Shown here one piece after another: positions 37,490 to 50,420 of a DNA stretch of 64,000 bases. Source of the stretch: Octopus sinensis (lineage: Eukaryota); NCBI RefSeq assembly GCF_006345805.1, contig NC_043017.1, forward strand, positions 19,096,001 to 19,160,000. The letters run 5' to 3'. A program made the position numbers and the translations under genes. How positions within the stretch are numbered: the first letter of the stretch is position 1; each line of letters opens with the position of its first letter. The notes under the pieces are model-generated. The model was given only the letters and a program-made list of their open reading frames with translations, had not been told where the DNA came from and ran no database searches.

Positions 37490-38217
37490 GGTATAGCCAA
37501 CTTGTGAGACTCAATGGCCTGAGGCATACGCACATACGCCCACGCACACACATCTTTTTATCTTTTTACTTGCTTCAGTCATTTGACTGTGGCCATGCTA
37601 GGGCACCACCTCGAAAAAGTTTTAGTTGAACAAATAGACCCCAATGCTCTTTATTTTAAGCCTAGTACTTATTGTAGCAGTCTCTTTTGCTGAACTGTTA
37701 AATTACAGGGGATGTAAACAAACCAACCCTGCTTGTCAAGTGTTGGTGGCAGAAAACACAAGCACAAAGACACACACACACACACACATATATATATGAC
37801 AGGCTTCTTTCAGTTTCCATCTACTAAATCCACTCACAAGGCTTTGTTTGGTGTGAGGCCATAGTAGAAGACACTTGCCCAAGGTGTCACACTGTGGGAT
37901 TGAACCTGCAACCATGTGGTTGGGAAGCAAACTTCTTAACACACAGCCACACTTGTGCCTATATATGTAGTTTGTAAAATGGTTTTAAATTAGGTATTAT
38001 CAATTATGTAAAAAAGCCATTAAAAAACAAAAACAAAGATATTAACACAGACCTTATGGAAGGAAGCTTTTGTGTGAGTGCTTTCACAGGATATTTTTGT
38101 TTTCATATAATTTATAGTTAGTTTATGAAAATCACTTTTCAAATGTTGTGACTGTATCAAAATTTTTTCCAAAAATTCTTCACGCGAAACCCTTATCACT
38201 TCTCTATTTTCTGTCAG

Positions 38218-38300
38218 AAATGTGCTCTCAAAAAGGAATCCTTGCCTTAATACTCAAGGATTTATTGAAGTCCTGTACTAGAAGCTGTCTTAATTATCAG
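38218..38300 (+). CDS. Candidate internal exon (xMCSQKGILALILKDLLKSCTRSCLNYQ)
   Basis: Strong acceptor CACTTCTCTATTTTCTGTCAG, consensus donor CAG|GTAAGT, single open frame (phase 1 to 0). Confidence 0.6.
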
Positions 38301-40009
38301 GTAAGTGTACACACTTATTTGTTTTTCATTTTTCTAGACAGAAAGTTTTACTTAAGCTAGTTATTTGTTTATCTTCTTTTACTTGTTTCAGTCATTAGAC
38401 TATGGCCATGCTGGAGCACCACCTTGAAGGATTTTTACTTTGAATGAATCGACCAATTTATTTATTTATTTTGTTTTCTAAGCCTGACACTTATTCTCTC
38501 TGCCTCTTTTGCTGAACCGCTAAGTTATGGACACATAAACACAAAAACTGGTTGTCAAGGATGGTTGTGGGGGGGACAAACACAGGCACACACTCACTCT
38601 CACACACACACACACACGCATACTGCGGGCCTCTTTCAGTTTCCATGTCAAATCTGCTGACAAGGTTTGATCAGCCTGAAGCTAGAGGCTATAGTGAAAG
38701 ACACCTGCCTAAGGTGCTATGCAGTGGGATTGAACTGGGAACTATGCGGTTGGGAAATAAACTTCTTACCACACAGCCACATCTGGACCTATGTTTGTTT
38801 ATTATTTTGTTTGAGTTTTGTTTATGCTGTTAAAGATAGATGAGATAGCAGAACATTAAGTTTCCCTCTCTCTCTCTTTCGGAGAGGCACTGAGCACCTA
38901 CATGCACATATACACACCAGGCAGTAACTTCCACCTACCGAATTCAATCACAAAGCTTCGGTCGACTCGGGGCTATAGTGGAAGACTCCTGCCCAAAGTG
39001 CCACGCAGTGGGACTGAACCTGAAACCTTTATTTTTATATATTTATTTGTGTGTATGTGTGTACTATCATTGTTTAATGTCCATTTTTTTCATGCTTGCA
39101 TGGTTCAGGTGGAATCTTTTGAGGTAGATTTTCTACAGCCAGATGCCTTTCCTGTTGCCAACCCTTGCCTGTTTCCAAGCAAGGTAATATTTCTTAATAG
39201 GCAGACATGTTTTTCACACAACACCCGTGCAGTGTCACATAAAAGCACCCACTACACTCTGTAATGTGTTTGGTGATAGGAAGGGCATCCAGCTGTAGAA
39301 ACCATGTTAAATTAGACTGGAGTCTAGTGCAGCCTCACCAGCTTGCCAACCTTGGACACACTGTCCAACCCATGCCAACATGGAAAACGGACGTTAAATG
39401 ATGATGATGTTGATGATGAAGAAAACTGGAAATGAACAGCATCACTTGTGTGACAGGGATGCTCGTTTACAACCATCACATGATTTCAAACAAAGGTTCA
39501 CTCACATGCATAAGTGCACATGCATACGACAGACTTCTCCCAGTTTCCATCTTCTAAACCCACTTACAAGGCTTTGGTTGGTTCCATTGCTATAACAGAA
39601 GACATGTGTGTGTCCAAAGTACCATACACTGGGACTGAACTTGAAATCCTGTGGTCGGAAAGTGAACTTCTTAACCAGACAGCTATGTCTACTCTTCCTC
39701 CTTCAGATAACACTGCTACAAAATTCCCTGGTGCTATCTTCTTGCCTCTGCATAAGCTATAAAGCCGTAGCAGTGATGGTAGTGATGACAATACCTGATG
39801 ATATTCATGAAAGTGATGCTGTTGCTGATAGAAAGTATGAAAAAAAAAAAAAGAAAAAAGCTGCCAGAGAGGACATTCAATGAACATATATTGTCATTTA
39901 GCATCACGTATTTCCAAAATAATACATTTTTATTTTGCATGTTATTGATGAAAGAGGTGGTGATGCTAACCCCAATCCATTGGGCCCCCAGTTTGTAGAT
40001 CAGGGAAAT

Positions 40010-40610
40010 GACCTGTAGATATACAGGTTAGCTGCGAATACTCAATAAGCAGTCCTGAAGGTTGCCTTTCTGCAAAGCATAGCATCCATAAGCAACCCTT
40101 CCTGGGGCATGGTGAAATCTTGAAGCCCTGAAATGAGTGGAAATGCCACTAAGTTCGGAAAGCAGGATGGTAGTAAGGAATAGAATGCAAGACATAAATG
40201 TACTTTGTCTTTGGATTTCTTCCCATTCCCAAAACAAGTTACATTTTTATGAATGTTGGTCAGGGAAAGCCATCAGTTTGACTGGCATTCACAAACATTC
40301 CAAGACTTGCATTAACTTCAGAAACTCGTCCTGCATCACTCATCACACAGTGAAACAAGGAACATGTTCTGCTGTAGTCTTGGCTGTGGCTCAGTGTTCA
40401 GAAACAAGAGTTGATGAGTGACCTACTGCTATGGTTGCCAAAGCATTTCTGTACTCAAGCAGATTGGTTACCTGAGCTGAATGTATGTCGATCTACTTAG
40501 CAGGGACATGGAATGCCTTCTCAAAGACCGCTCTCAACTAATGCAGGATTGAGATGGATGGCGTGCATGAGTTGAAAATGTCCAAGCAGGCTTGACCAGA
40601 TGATGAAAGA
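40010..40610 (+). pseudogene. Old RTE-group LINE 3' remnant (family distinct from 5363-7330)
   Basis: KQELMSDLLLWLPKH-like frame, residual DRDGWR-like motif and (TGA)n-like end; heavily mutated. Confidence 0.55.
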
Positions 40611-41085
40611 GGAACTTAAACATTTTAAAAATGTATTTTCTATATCAGTGGCGTCAGTCTGGGTTGACGTCTAAAGTCTGAGCTGACCAAAAACCTTGTG
40701 AGTGGATTTGGTAGATGGACACCAAAAGAAGCCTGTTGTATGTGTGTGTGTGTGTGTGTGCGCGCGCGCGCGTGTGTGTGTGTATGCTTGTGTTTTCTTC
40801 CTCACCACCACCAATATCAGTTTGTTTTTGTCATTTGGTTTTCGACAAAACAAACAGAACAGGTTTAAAAAAAAAGATAAGCACTGAGATTTGTTAGTTT
40901 GACTAAACCCTTCAAGGCTGCACCCTGGCATGACCTCATTCTAATGATCGAAACCAGGAAAAGGTAAAATGTATATTGATTTTTTTGTGATCTTACATAA
41001 ACCAATGTAACGTTTAAATATTAACGTAATACTTGAAACAATTGTGATGACATTGATTTCTTTATCTTGTCTTTTTGTAAACAAG

Positions 41086-41112
41086 GTGGATTTGAAACTC
41101 AAGGCTGCATCA
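41086..41112 (+). CDS. Candidate 27-nt symmetric exon (VDLKLKAAS)
   Basis: Pyrimidine tract plus CAAG acceptor, donor TCA|GTAAGT, phase 0/0 matching the 38218-38300 exon. Confidence 0.5.
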
Positions 41113-42085
41113 GTAAGTATCGACTTTTTTGTGTATTGACTGTTTTTTTTTTAACTAAACATTTGTTGCTCAGATGTTCTTTTTTTTGTTTTTACTGTTC
41201 TTTAATTGCTTCTCAATCTGAGTGTTAACCCTTTTGTTACCATATTTCAGTTGGAATACACTGCCTTTGTTTCAAATAATTTTCAAAATACTGAAAAATT
41301 TAGTCAAATAACTTTCTCATTGTCAGTCTGAGGTTGAAAACAAAAAATAACAATGAAAGTTCAATGAAAGGTTACAAATTACATCACTTTGTTACCAAAT
41401 TTCTGTTGATATACACAGACTTTGTTTTAGTTTGTTTGGAAAATATTAAGGAATTTACTAAAATAATTGTCGTTATTAAGTTTGTATTGGAATCTGAGTT
41501 AACCCTTTAGTGTTCAGATTATTCTGTCAAATGTGATGTTTGTTTATTTAAAATGGTTTGAATTAATCATGCATTATCTTGTAGTTTAGAGATTTCAGTG
41601 ATGTGATTTTTTAGTTTTAGAATGACATGTTAGGGCTGAGGTGAGAGGTGTGATCTGGTCAGTTTCAATATAAAACAGGTTAAATATTCTGGCCGGATAT
41701 GGCCGGTTTGAATGCTAAAGAGTTAAAATGAAATTAAAACCTTCCTTTAAAAGAAGGTTTTAATTTAGATCACTTCAAGATAGGAAATTTATATTATAGA
41801 ACGAGGAGCAGGGAACGAGGAGCTGGCAGTTGCAGATAAATATAGAAATGGTAAATAGAAGAATAGAACTGTGATAAGCATTACTGTTGTGGTTTATCCC
41901 CAGGCCAGGCCTAACTCTTTTGTTGATGTATTTCTGTTGAATTATACTGCATTGTTCTTGTTACTTTTGGAAAGAATGAAGAATTTAGCAAATTAACTTT
42001 GTCCTTCTGATGCTAGTGTTTTGGAATGTAAATTAACAAAATTAACATGAAATTTTGATGGAAGGTTTTAATTTAGACACTTTAA

Positions 42086-42305
42086 CCCTTTAGTATTTAA
42101 ACCGGCCGTTTCCGGCCCAAATATTCTACTTGTTTTATGTTCAGGCTGGCCATATTCAGCCTTTCACACCTACCCTACAATGTCATTCTAAAAATAAGCA
42201 ACCACATCATCAAAATCTTAAAGCTACAAGATAATGCATGATTACTTCAAAACAGTGGGAATCAAAAAGCATTAAATTTGATGGAGTACTCTGATTATTA
42301 AAGGG
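42086..42305. mobile_element. piggyBac-type MITE
   Basis: TTAA|CCCTTTA...TAAAGGG|TTAA. Related copy at about 41502-41725. Confidence 0.8.
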
Positions 42306-42429
42306 TTAAAATATGATCATAGAAGAAGAGGTAGTCTCAGGCAGGTTGTTACCAAAAGGGGCGAAGCTAGATTTAGAAAATGGACAACCTTGTTTATGAT
42401 GGCTCCCATCTGAAGATGTAACAATGATG

Positions 42430-42468
<39 letters not shown>

Positions 42469-43623
42469 ATACACACACATATATATACATATACACATAC
42501 TGTGGCTGTGGAGTAAGAAACTTACTTCCCAACCACATGGTTCTGGGCTCAGTCCCACTGCATGACACCTTGGGTAAATGTCTTCTACTATAGCCTCAGG
42601 CTGACCAAAGCCTTGTGAGTGGATTTGGTAGATAGAAACTGAAAAGCCTGTCATATATATATATGTATGTGTGTGTGTGTGTGTCTTTGTGTCTGTATTT
42701 GTCTCCCACCTTTGCTTGACAACCAATGTTGGTTGTGTTTATGTCCCTGTAACTTAGCAGTTTGGCAAAATAAACCGATACAGTAACCACCAAACTTACA
42801 AAGAATTAGTCCTGGGCTTGATTTCTTCAACTAAAACCCTTTAAGGTGGCGCTCCAGCATGACCACAGTCTAATGACTGAAATATGTAAAGGAATAAAAG
42901 TGTGTGTGCATGTGTGTTTGTGTGTGTGTGTGTGGTGTGTGTGTGTGTGTGTATTTGGCTGTAATTTTTCATAAGAAAGATAAGTAATTTTGTTATACTT
43001 GAAAATAGAAAGTAATAGCAGACGAAAGTTTAACCACACATTTCAAAATGTACGTCACATCAGACTGTCTTGTGAGTGAAGTTTATTGTAATTTCTGTTG
43101 TATTCTGCATGATGTCTATTTTGTCTTTTTTTTTTTTTATTTCTATTTATTTATATATTTAGAAAATAATGTAAATTGATGTATTTGTGAAAATGCTGTT
43201 AAATTAACTTCAGATGCTTGAAAAGTCTAAAATAACACAAAATCAAAACTCTACTAATATTGATATATATGCATATATATATATATATATTATGTAATGA
43301 ATGTATGTATGCATGCAAATGTGTTTATATGAATGGCGATCATTGTGAGTCATGTGTACATATATGAAAAAATATATATATAATGAATGTGATAGATGTT
43401 ATATATAAAAAGTGGGTTTATTATGAAAGTACAATAGTGACATATATAAACCATTTTAAGAAATATGGGACATATATAGACCGATAAAGCCCCGTCCCCT
43501 ACACAAATGCTGGGAAACACTATAGCAATCTTCTACCATTGTTTGAGGTTGACCAAAGTCTTGTGATGTTTAGATGATGCAAAAGCTCATATGTATGTGC
43601 GTGTGTGTATTTATGTGTGCATA

Positions 43624-43818
43624 TACAAGGGTGGTGCTTTAAGGGCATTGCGAAAGGCCCAACCTTCTGAGTTCTTTTACAGGGCTTAGAAAAACTGAAG
43701 GGTTGTTGCAATAAGTGTGTGAGTCTGAGGGGAGAATATGTTGAATAAAATCATAATTAACTGATCTTCTTTCATTTTCTTTTACCCAAAGTCAGGAACT
43801 TTTCAGCACCACTTCATA
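43624..43818 (+). mobile_element. Internally deleted mariner
   Basis: LQGLEKLKGCCNKCVSLRGEYVE* (mariner C-terminus) followed by TIR AGGAACTTTTCAGCACCAC.TCATA. Confidence 0.7.
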
Positions 43819-43837
43819 TCTGTCTGTCTGTCTATCT

Positions 43838-43868
<31 letters not shown>

Positions 43869-44198
43869 CGTCCATACATACATACATACATGTGTGTGTG
43901 TATAGATCACTTTAAAATAGGAAGTTTATATTACACACACACACACAGAAAGTGTGTATATAATATATGAATTTCTGTGGCTAGGGTCAAGGTTTTGCCT
44001 CCTGGACTGGATGATGTGTTTTGTCACGGAGCAAGGCATGTCATTTCATGTTGCTCAAGTCTCGCTGTTGTAAATGAATACCAGCTGAATTCTGCTGCAC
44101 CTCTGTCTGCGTGTCTCCAACTGTCACATCCAAGCTTATTTAATTTACACACACATACACACATCCAAGTGAATAAACAAAAGAAAGTAGCACTCAAC

Positions 44199-44273
44199 GC
44201 ACTTGATAGGAGTTAAATATATTTTTAAAAGCAGTTCGACTCGGTACCCTGTCAACAACCTGTCCAAACATGT
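44199..44273 (-). CDS. Candidate minus-strand exon (PHMFGQVVDRVPSRTAFKNIFNSYQ)
   Basis: Long T-tract plus TTTTAG acceptor, donor CAA|GTGCGT, phase 0/0 compatible with 33200-33315. Coordinates are approximate. Confidence 0.3.
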
Positions 44274-44626
44274 GGGGCTAAAACTAAAAAAAAAACAAAA
44301 ATAAGATGAAGAAAATAGCTGGTGTTTCTTTGTTAGCATTAAAACAATGTAACCTTAGCTAACTAATAGACACTTAACACCCAGAGGCCTTTTGGGATTT
44401 CTCTAAAAATTCCTGATCTAATCCTAGCTTCTAATGAGATGGGCGTTTCCTACATGTTCATGAAAGCTTCAGTCATGTGGAGCTGAGTCAAACTGTTATT
44501 AAATGTGTTTGTTTGTACACACACACACACACACACACATACACACACACGTATATATGTGTGTATAGATATATATGTGCGTGTGTGTATACATACATAC
44601 ATGCATATATCTGTGCACATACATAT

Positions 44627-45125
44627 ACAGGGTATTTGGGGCTAAATTTGACATTGGTATAAAAGGAGAAAAAAACCCCACAAAATCCCTTCAAAAAATA
44701 AAAGTGTTTTTTAAAAAATGAAAAAATGTTAACTGGATTATGGCTGGGGGATAACATTTTACTCAAAGTAGCCACCGTTAGCTTCCACCATGACCTCAAG
44801 ATGCCTCCAGGACGTGGCACATGCATTCCCTGCTGTGTCCCTTGGAAGATCATCAAACACCTCCTTGACCAGAGCCACTAGTTTGATCCTGGTGTTGCAG
44901 GCAGAGTGGTTAGTTGGGTTTCTCAACTGTGCCCCTATATAACAATCCATGGGTACAATTGGGGGAATTGTAGAAATTGTCCAGCAATCACATCTGGCTC
45001 TTTCCAAGAGTATGGCAATGGGTTGAATCCTGCTGACACACATGTGGCCTTCTGGTAGCAACCCTTTCCAGCCAGGGTTTGACCAGTCCCCAGCGGCTTC
45101 ACATGGCTGTCTGAATTAAGCCTAA
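44627..45125 (-). mobile_element. maT/DD37D-like transposon 3' remnant
   Basis: ORF 44759-45061 ends RHLEVMVEANGGYFE*, followed by a TIR-like end ...CCCTGTATA. Confidence 0.7.
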
Positions 45126-46539
45126 GGCCCTATTCAAAGATGTGGGCTGGTATGACATCACTCTTACTGGAGGCATACCTAAAGACCTTCATAGTTTGGG
45201 GGAATTTGGTTTGCATGGTGTCCATGCAGATCTTGGGCACATCAGATCCTGTGAAACTATCTAACCCATGCCAGTATGGAACATGGAACATGGACATTAA
45301 ATGATGATGGCATGTAAAAAGCACCATCTGATCGTGGCCATTGCCAGCCTCGCCTGGCCTCCGTGCCGGTGGTACATAAAAAGCACCATCCGAGCGTGGC
45401 TGTTCGCCAGCCTCGTCTGGCACCTGTGTCGGTGGCACGTAATAAGCACCATCCGATCGTGGCCATTGCCTGCTTCGCCTGGCCTCTGTGCCGGTGGCAC
45501 GTAAAAAGCACAATTCTGAGTGTGGCCGTTCGCCAGCCTCGTCTGGCACCTGTGTTGGTGGCACGTAAAAAGCACCCACTACACTCACGGAGTGGTTGGC
45601 GTTAGGAAGGGCATCCAGCTGTAGAAACACTGCCAGATCTGACTGGGCCTGGTGCAGCCTTCGGGCTTCCCAGACCCCAGTTGAACCGTCCAACCCATGC
45701 TAGCATGGAAAGCGGATGTTAAACGATGATGATGATGACACACACAATATAGCAAAAAAAAACCTCACCAAATTCATCATTCTTGATAAATGCTTCAATA
45801 GCAAACCCATAGTGTGCGCAAGTTGAAATTACGAAGGTAACTGAACAAATCATCATCATCATCGTTGTTTAACGTCCGCTTTCCATGCTAGCATGGGTTG
45901 GACGATTTGACTGAGGTCTGGCGAACCAGATGGCTGCACCAGACTCCAATCTGATCTGGCAGAGTTTCTACAGCTGGATGTCCTTCCTAACACCAACCAC
46001 TCCGAGAGTGTAGTGGGTGCTTTTATGTGCCACTGGCACGAGGGCCAGTCAGGTGGTACTGGCAATGGCCATGCTCAAATGGTGCTTTTTATGTGCCACC
46101 TGCATAGGAGCCGGTCCAGCAAAAGAGACCAATAGAATCAGTACTAGGCTTACAAAAAATATTTCCTGGGGTCGACTTGTTCGACTAAAGGCAGTGCTCC
46201 AGCATGGCTGCAGTCAGCTGACTGAAACAAGTAAAAGAATAAAAGAATACCTATCTGTCTGTCTGTCTTTAAATTAATTAATTAATCAGTTATTTGCAGG
46301 GTCCACTTGAATCAAGGTATTTTATTAAGGACGCCAAGTTAGGGTCGAGAATAGCATATTTATATACCAACAGTACATATGGACACTCACACATGTATTG
46401 ATGCATATATGGACTTGTCTTACCACTTACATACACATGAACAGATCAATATACTCATCAATATTACTATACAGATATATGTAAAATCAGATACAGTCAT
46501 ACTCCGGTTTCTCATTTCACGGTCAGCTTTAATTTCCAG

Positions 46540-46562
46540 ATCCAACACAGGGAAAGTTCCAG
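46540..46562 (+). CDS. Candidate 23-nt microexon (IQHRESS+AG)
   Basis: Acceptor GCTTTAATTTCCAG, donor CAG|GTATGG. Confidence 0.3.
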
Positions 46563-46579
46563 GTATGGTGTAAAATAAG

Positions 46580-46616
<37 letters not shown>

Positions 46617-46868
46617 ATGTTTATATATAAGGTGTTTATAAATTAAATAATAGATTGATGAATATAAATTAAGTTATCGAAATTTAGTTTATTTTATGTA
46701 TTTTACATATTTTAGTTTTAAATTATTGAGATTTTAGGATTTTTCCAACCACATGGTTCCAAGTTTAGTCCTACTGTGTGGCACCTTGGGCAAGTGTCTT
46801 CTACTCTAGCCTTGGGCTGACCAAAGCCTCGTGAGTGGATTTGGTAGATGGAAACTGAAAGAAGCTCG

Positions 46869-46906
<38 letters not shown>

Positions 46907-47261
46907 TAATAATAAAATATTAGGGAATAAATCCAAACTTACAGGGAAAAATCAGATTTAGGATTAAATCCAATTTTATAGTAAAATATTATATTATATT
47001 AAATTAGAGATAATTGTTAAACCTCGCTAAGATAAATATTTCAATTACCTGAAGATTGACTGTAACCATAACTCGAATTATTACGAATTGGACAGCCTTG
47101 AAATGATCATAGTGTTTTACTCATTATCTTTTATTAAACTTTTAATACTTTTGATATATATTTAAAATAATATAAATTAATTAATTTTATGTATTGGCTT
47201 ATGTTTTTCATTGTTTGATTTGCCTAATAGTGGTTTTATCTCTAATTTAACATAATATATA

Positions 47262-47307
<46 letters not shown>

Positions 47308-47743
47308 TATATAAATATATGTGTGTATATTTGCGTGTGTCTGTGTTTGTCCCCCCACCATTGATTGGTAGCTGATGTTAGTGTGTTTACGTCACCATAA
47401 CATAGCGGTTTGGCAAAAGAGACCGATAGAATAAGTACTAGGCTTACAAAGAAAAAGTCCTGGGGTCGATTTGTTCGGCTAAAGGTGGTACTCCAGCATG
47501 GCCACAGTCAAATGACTGAAACAAGTAAAAAAAGTAAAAGGATAAAAGAATAACCAGAAATGGCTGTGAGGAAAGTAACAGTAATTTTTTTAGGTCGTTC
47601 AATTTTCCTCAATTGATCAATAGAGCAATTGAGTAGACCTATCAGTAATGTACCTATAATGACTACTGGAAACACCTGTAAGCCAAATTTGCTCCAGTAA
47701 AAGTAAGATATGTAATGACCATTATTTTTAATTTGTTTCTTAT

Positions 47744-48025
47744 ATATCAAAGATGTACTTGCATAGCAAGTGACCTGATCTGAGATTGTGTGCTGAAACA
47801 AAAACAATTGCAGTGTGGAAGGTGTTTATAAGCCATATAAAAACTCACAAAAACAGTTAGACTCACTTCAACGTTTAAATTTAATTTTGTCAGTGAACAG
47901 GTCACTGTCTCAAAGCGACGAAAATATTTTGGCAAATTAAATTTAAATGTTGAAGTGAATCTGTTTTTCTGAGTTTTTAAATGGCTTATAAACACCTACG
48001 ACGTTGCAGTTGTTGTTCTTATATA
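47744..48025. mobile_element. TA-flanked MITE-like element with nested inverted repeats
   Basis: GTGTTTATAAGCCAT/ATGGCTTATAAACAC and CACTTCAACGTTTAAATTTAATTT/AAATTAAATTTAAATGTTGAAGTG. Confidence 0.6.
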
Positions 48026-48467
48026 TCACTCTGTGTAAAAACCAGTTTGTCTGAGACCATCGACAGATTTACAATATAGAATGAACCATAACCTGGGACC
48101 CTACCAAAAGATTACCTGGAGTTCTTCACTAATCCAAGTAATATTCTTTTCTACTCTAGGCACATGACCTGAAATTTTTGGGGAGTGGGTGGGGGGCAGT
48201 CGATTAGATTGACCCCAGTACGCAACTAGTACTTAATTTATCGACCCTGAAAGGATGAAAGGCAAAGTTGACCTCGGCGGAATTTGAACTCAGAATGTAA
48301 AGACAGACGAAATACCGCTAAGCATTTCGCCTGGCATGCTAACGTTTCTGCCAGCTTGCCGCCTTGAAATTTAAGTAATATTGTTAGCCTGGTGTGCCAA
48401 CAGAGAGCTTAGGAAGTACTTTCCCCAGATTGATAATCCCTCACTGTTTGTTCTATATATATAATTA

Positions 48468-48864
48468 CTAGCAGTATCGCCTGGTGTTGCTCGGGTTTGT
48501 AAGGGAAATAACTATATAAGCATTTTTAGAGAGTTATAGCCAAAAAATAGCAAAAAAATGCATTAAAAATGGAAAAAAATTATGGTAAATTTTTTTTAAA
48601 TCGTTGACTCATCGTAGACATTTTTAGAGAGTTACTTCCCTTATATAATAGCGAAAAAAATGCATTAAAATGGAAAAAAATGATGGTAAATTTTTTTTTA
48701 ATTCGTAGACTCATCGTAGACGCGTGCTAATACCCAGAAGGGCTCGATATGAATCATGAATATAAGATACCCGGTTTTGGTTAAACTGCACCGCAAAATG
48801 TGGGAGTAGTTAGGAATCTAAATCGTAGGAGACAGACACACAACTTCACTTTTATATATAAAGA
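48468..48864 (-). mobile_element. Non-autonomous Helitron with internal duplication
   Basis: Same family as 11378-11764. Confidence 0.8.
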
Positions 48865-49546
48865 TATGTGTGTGTGTATATATATAATAACATGAGCAAG
48901 AATGGAGAAGTCATATCTTTATTAAATGATTACACCAAAGAATACCAAAGATTGTTTCTATTGTTTCAAGATATTTAGATACATTACCAGTCATTTCAAA
49001 ATATCCAAAAGTTAATGCTGAAATGACATTATCAAAGTAATCCCAAATGGGTTACATTTAGAATGAACTGAAGGAATATGGAAAGAGTGTTAAGAAGAAA
49101 TATAATATTCTGAGGAATAACAGGATAGTAATGTAAACTTATGATGACGTCAGCAGACAAGGAAAATGTAAATATATTTTCAGATATTTTGATTTAGCTG
49201 GTATTTTGTTGGTATTTTATTTATTTAAATATGCTGACACAATAGGAAAAAAAATCATTGCTATGTATAATCATCAAATAAAATGTGATTTCTCCATTCA
49301 TGTTCATGTTGTTTGTATACTCTGGATTTCTTGAAATTCTTCTAAGCGGTATTTGAAGGGCGGCGAGCTGGCAGAAACGTTAGCACGCCGGGCGAAATGC
49401 TTAGCGGTATTTTGTCTGCCATTACGTTGTGAGTTCAAATTCCGCTGAGGTCGACTTTGCCTTTCATCCTTTTGGGGTCAATAAATTAAGTACCAGTTAC
49501 GCACTGGGGTCAATGTAATCGACTTAATACCTATGTCTGTCCTTGT

Positions 49547-49674
49547 AAAGATGTGCACAACCACCCTTGGACGGTTTTGAATGACCATAGAAAGTGCGAG
49601 CCCTCTAACTGAAAAATTGTGGATTTGTATAAAGGACACACACACAGACATTTTGCCGTTTATATATATAGAGA
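49547..49674 (-). mobile_element. 5' end of a second Helitron-like family, abutting a truncated Nin SINE (49358-49546)
   Basis: Minus strand starts TCTCTATATATATAAACGGCAAAATGTCTGTG. Confidence 0.45.
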
Positions 49675-50099
49675 TACTTAAAAAACATAAAAATGTAAAA
49701 TATTTTTGTTTGTTCCTATTCTGTCTCATATTCATCTTCATGTACCTAGCGGGTATGCCCTGATACCTCATCTCCAACATCTTTCATTTTTTTTTTTCTC
49801 TTTCCAGTTGGGTAGCCATGTATCCCCTATACTGCAAAATACCTGTTCTCGTCCCTCTGTCATATTTTAGACTTTCAACACCTGGCAAAAAAGCTACCTC
49901 TCTCAGTACTATATCCACTTTCTCAGTTGATGATGGTTGGGGTCTTGTGAATTACTTTGTGACTTTACTAGCACCCCTGTCATGAAAAAAGTACCCAGTA
50001 CATTCTAAGGGTATCCAGCCATAGACCAAAATGACTATGGCCCACACATAGATGAAGCCCTCTTACCTATCCGTCCAACTTCTCTCTGCCCACTTTTCC

Positions 50100-50420
50100 T
50101 AGGAGGTCATTGGGGTAGAGTCCTCAGGCACCTTCACCATAAGGTTCTGTCATTTTCTGGCTGGATTCCCAGGTGTGACCAAGCGAAACTATGGATATTA
50201 TCCAACCATCTCATTCTTGGACGACCCCAAGGTCTGCTGCTGGTTGGCTCAGCTTGAAGAATCTGTCTTGCAATTCTTTCCTGTGACACTCTAATCACGT
50301 GTCCATAGTAACGGAGCTGTGGCATCTCAATGCAGAGAAGTAGCAGCTTTATCTGGAGAGACTCCTTGATCCTTGAACTACATGCTATGTTGAGTAATGT
50401 TACTTCAGAGACACTTTGGA
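50100..50420 (-). pseudogene. Decayed LINE (RTE-like) C-terminal fragment
   Basis: QLRYYGHVIRVSQERIARQILQAEPTSSRPWGRPRMRWLDNI. Confidence 0.75.

Noticed and set aside
46414-46570. Minus-strand ORF PGTFPVLDLEIKADREMRNR with a TM-like end
   Set aside because: No AG acceptor or start codon upstream; it is flanked by (TA)n.
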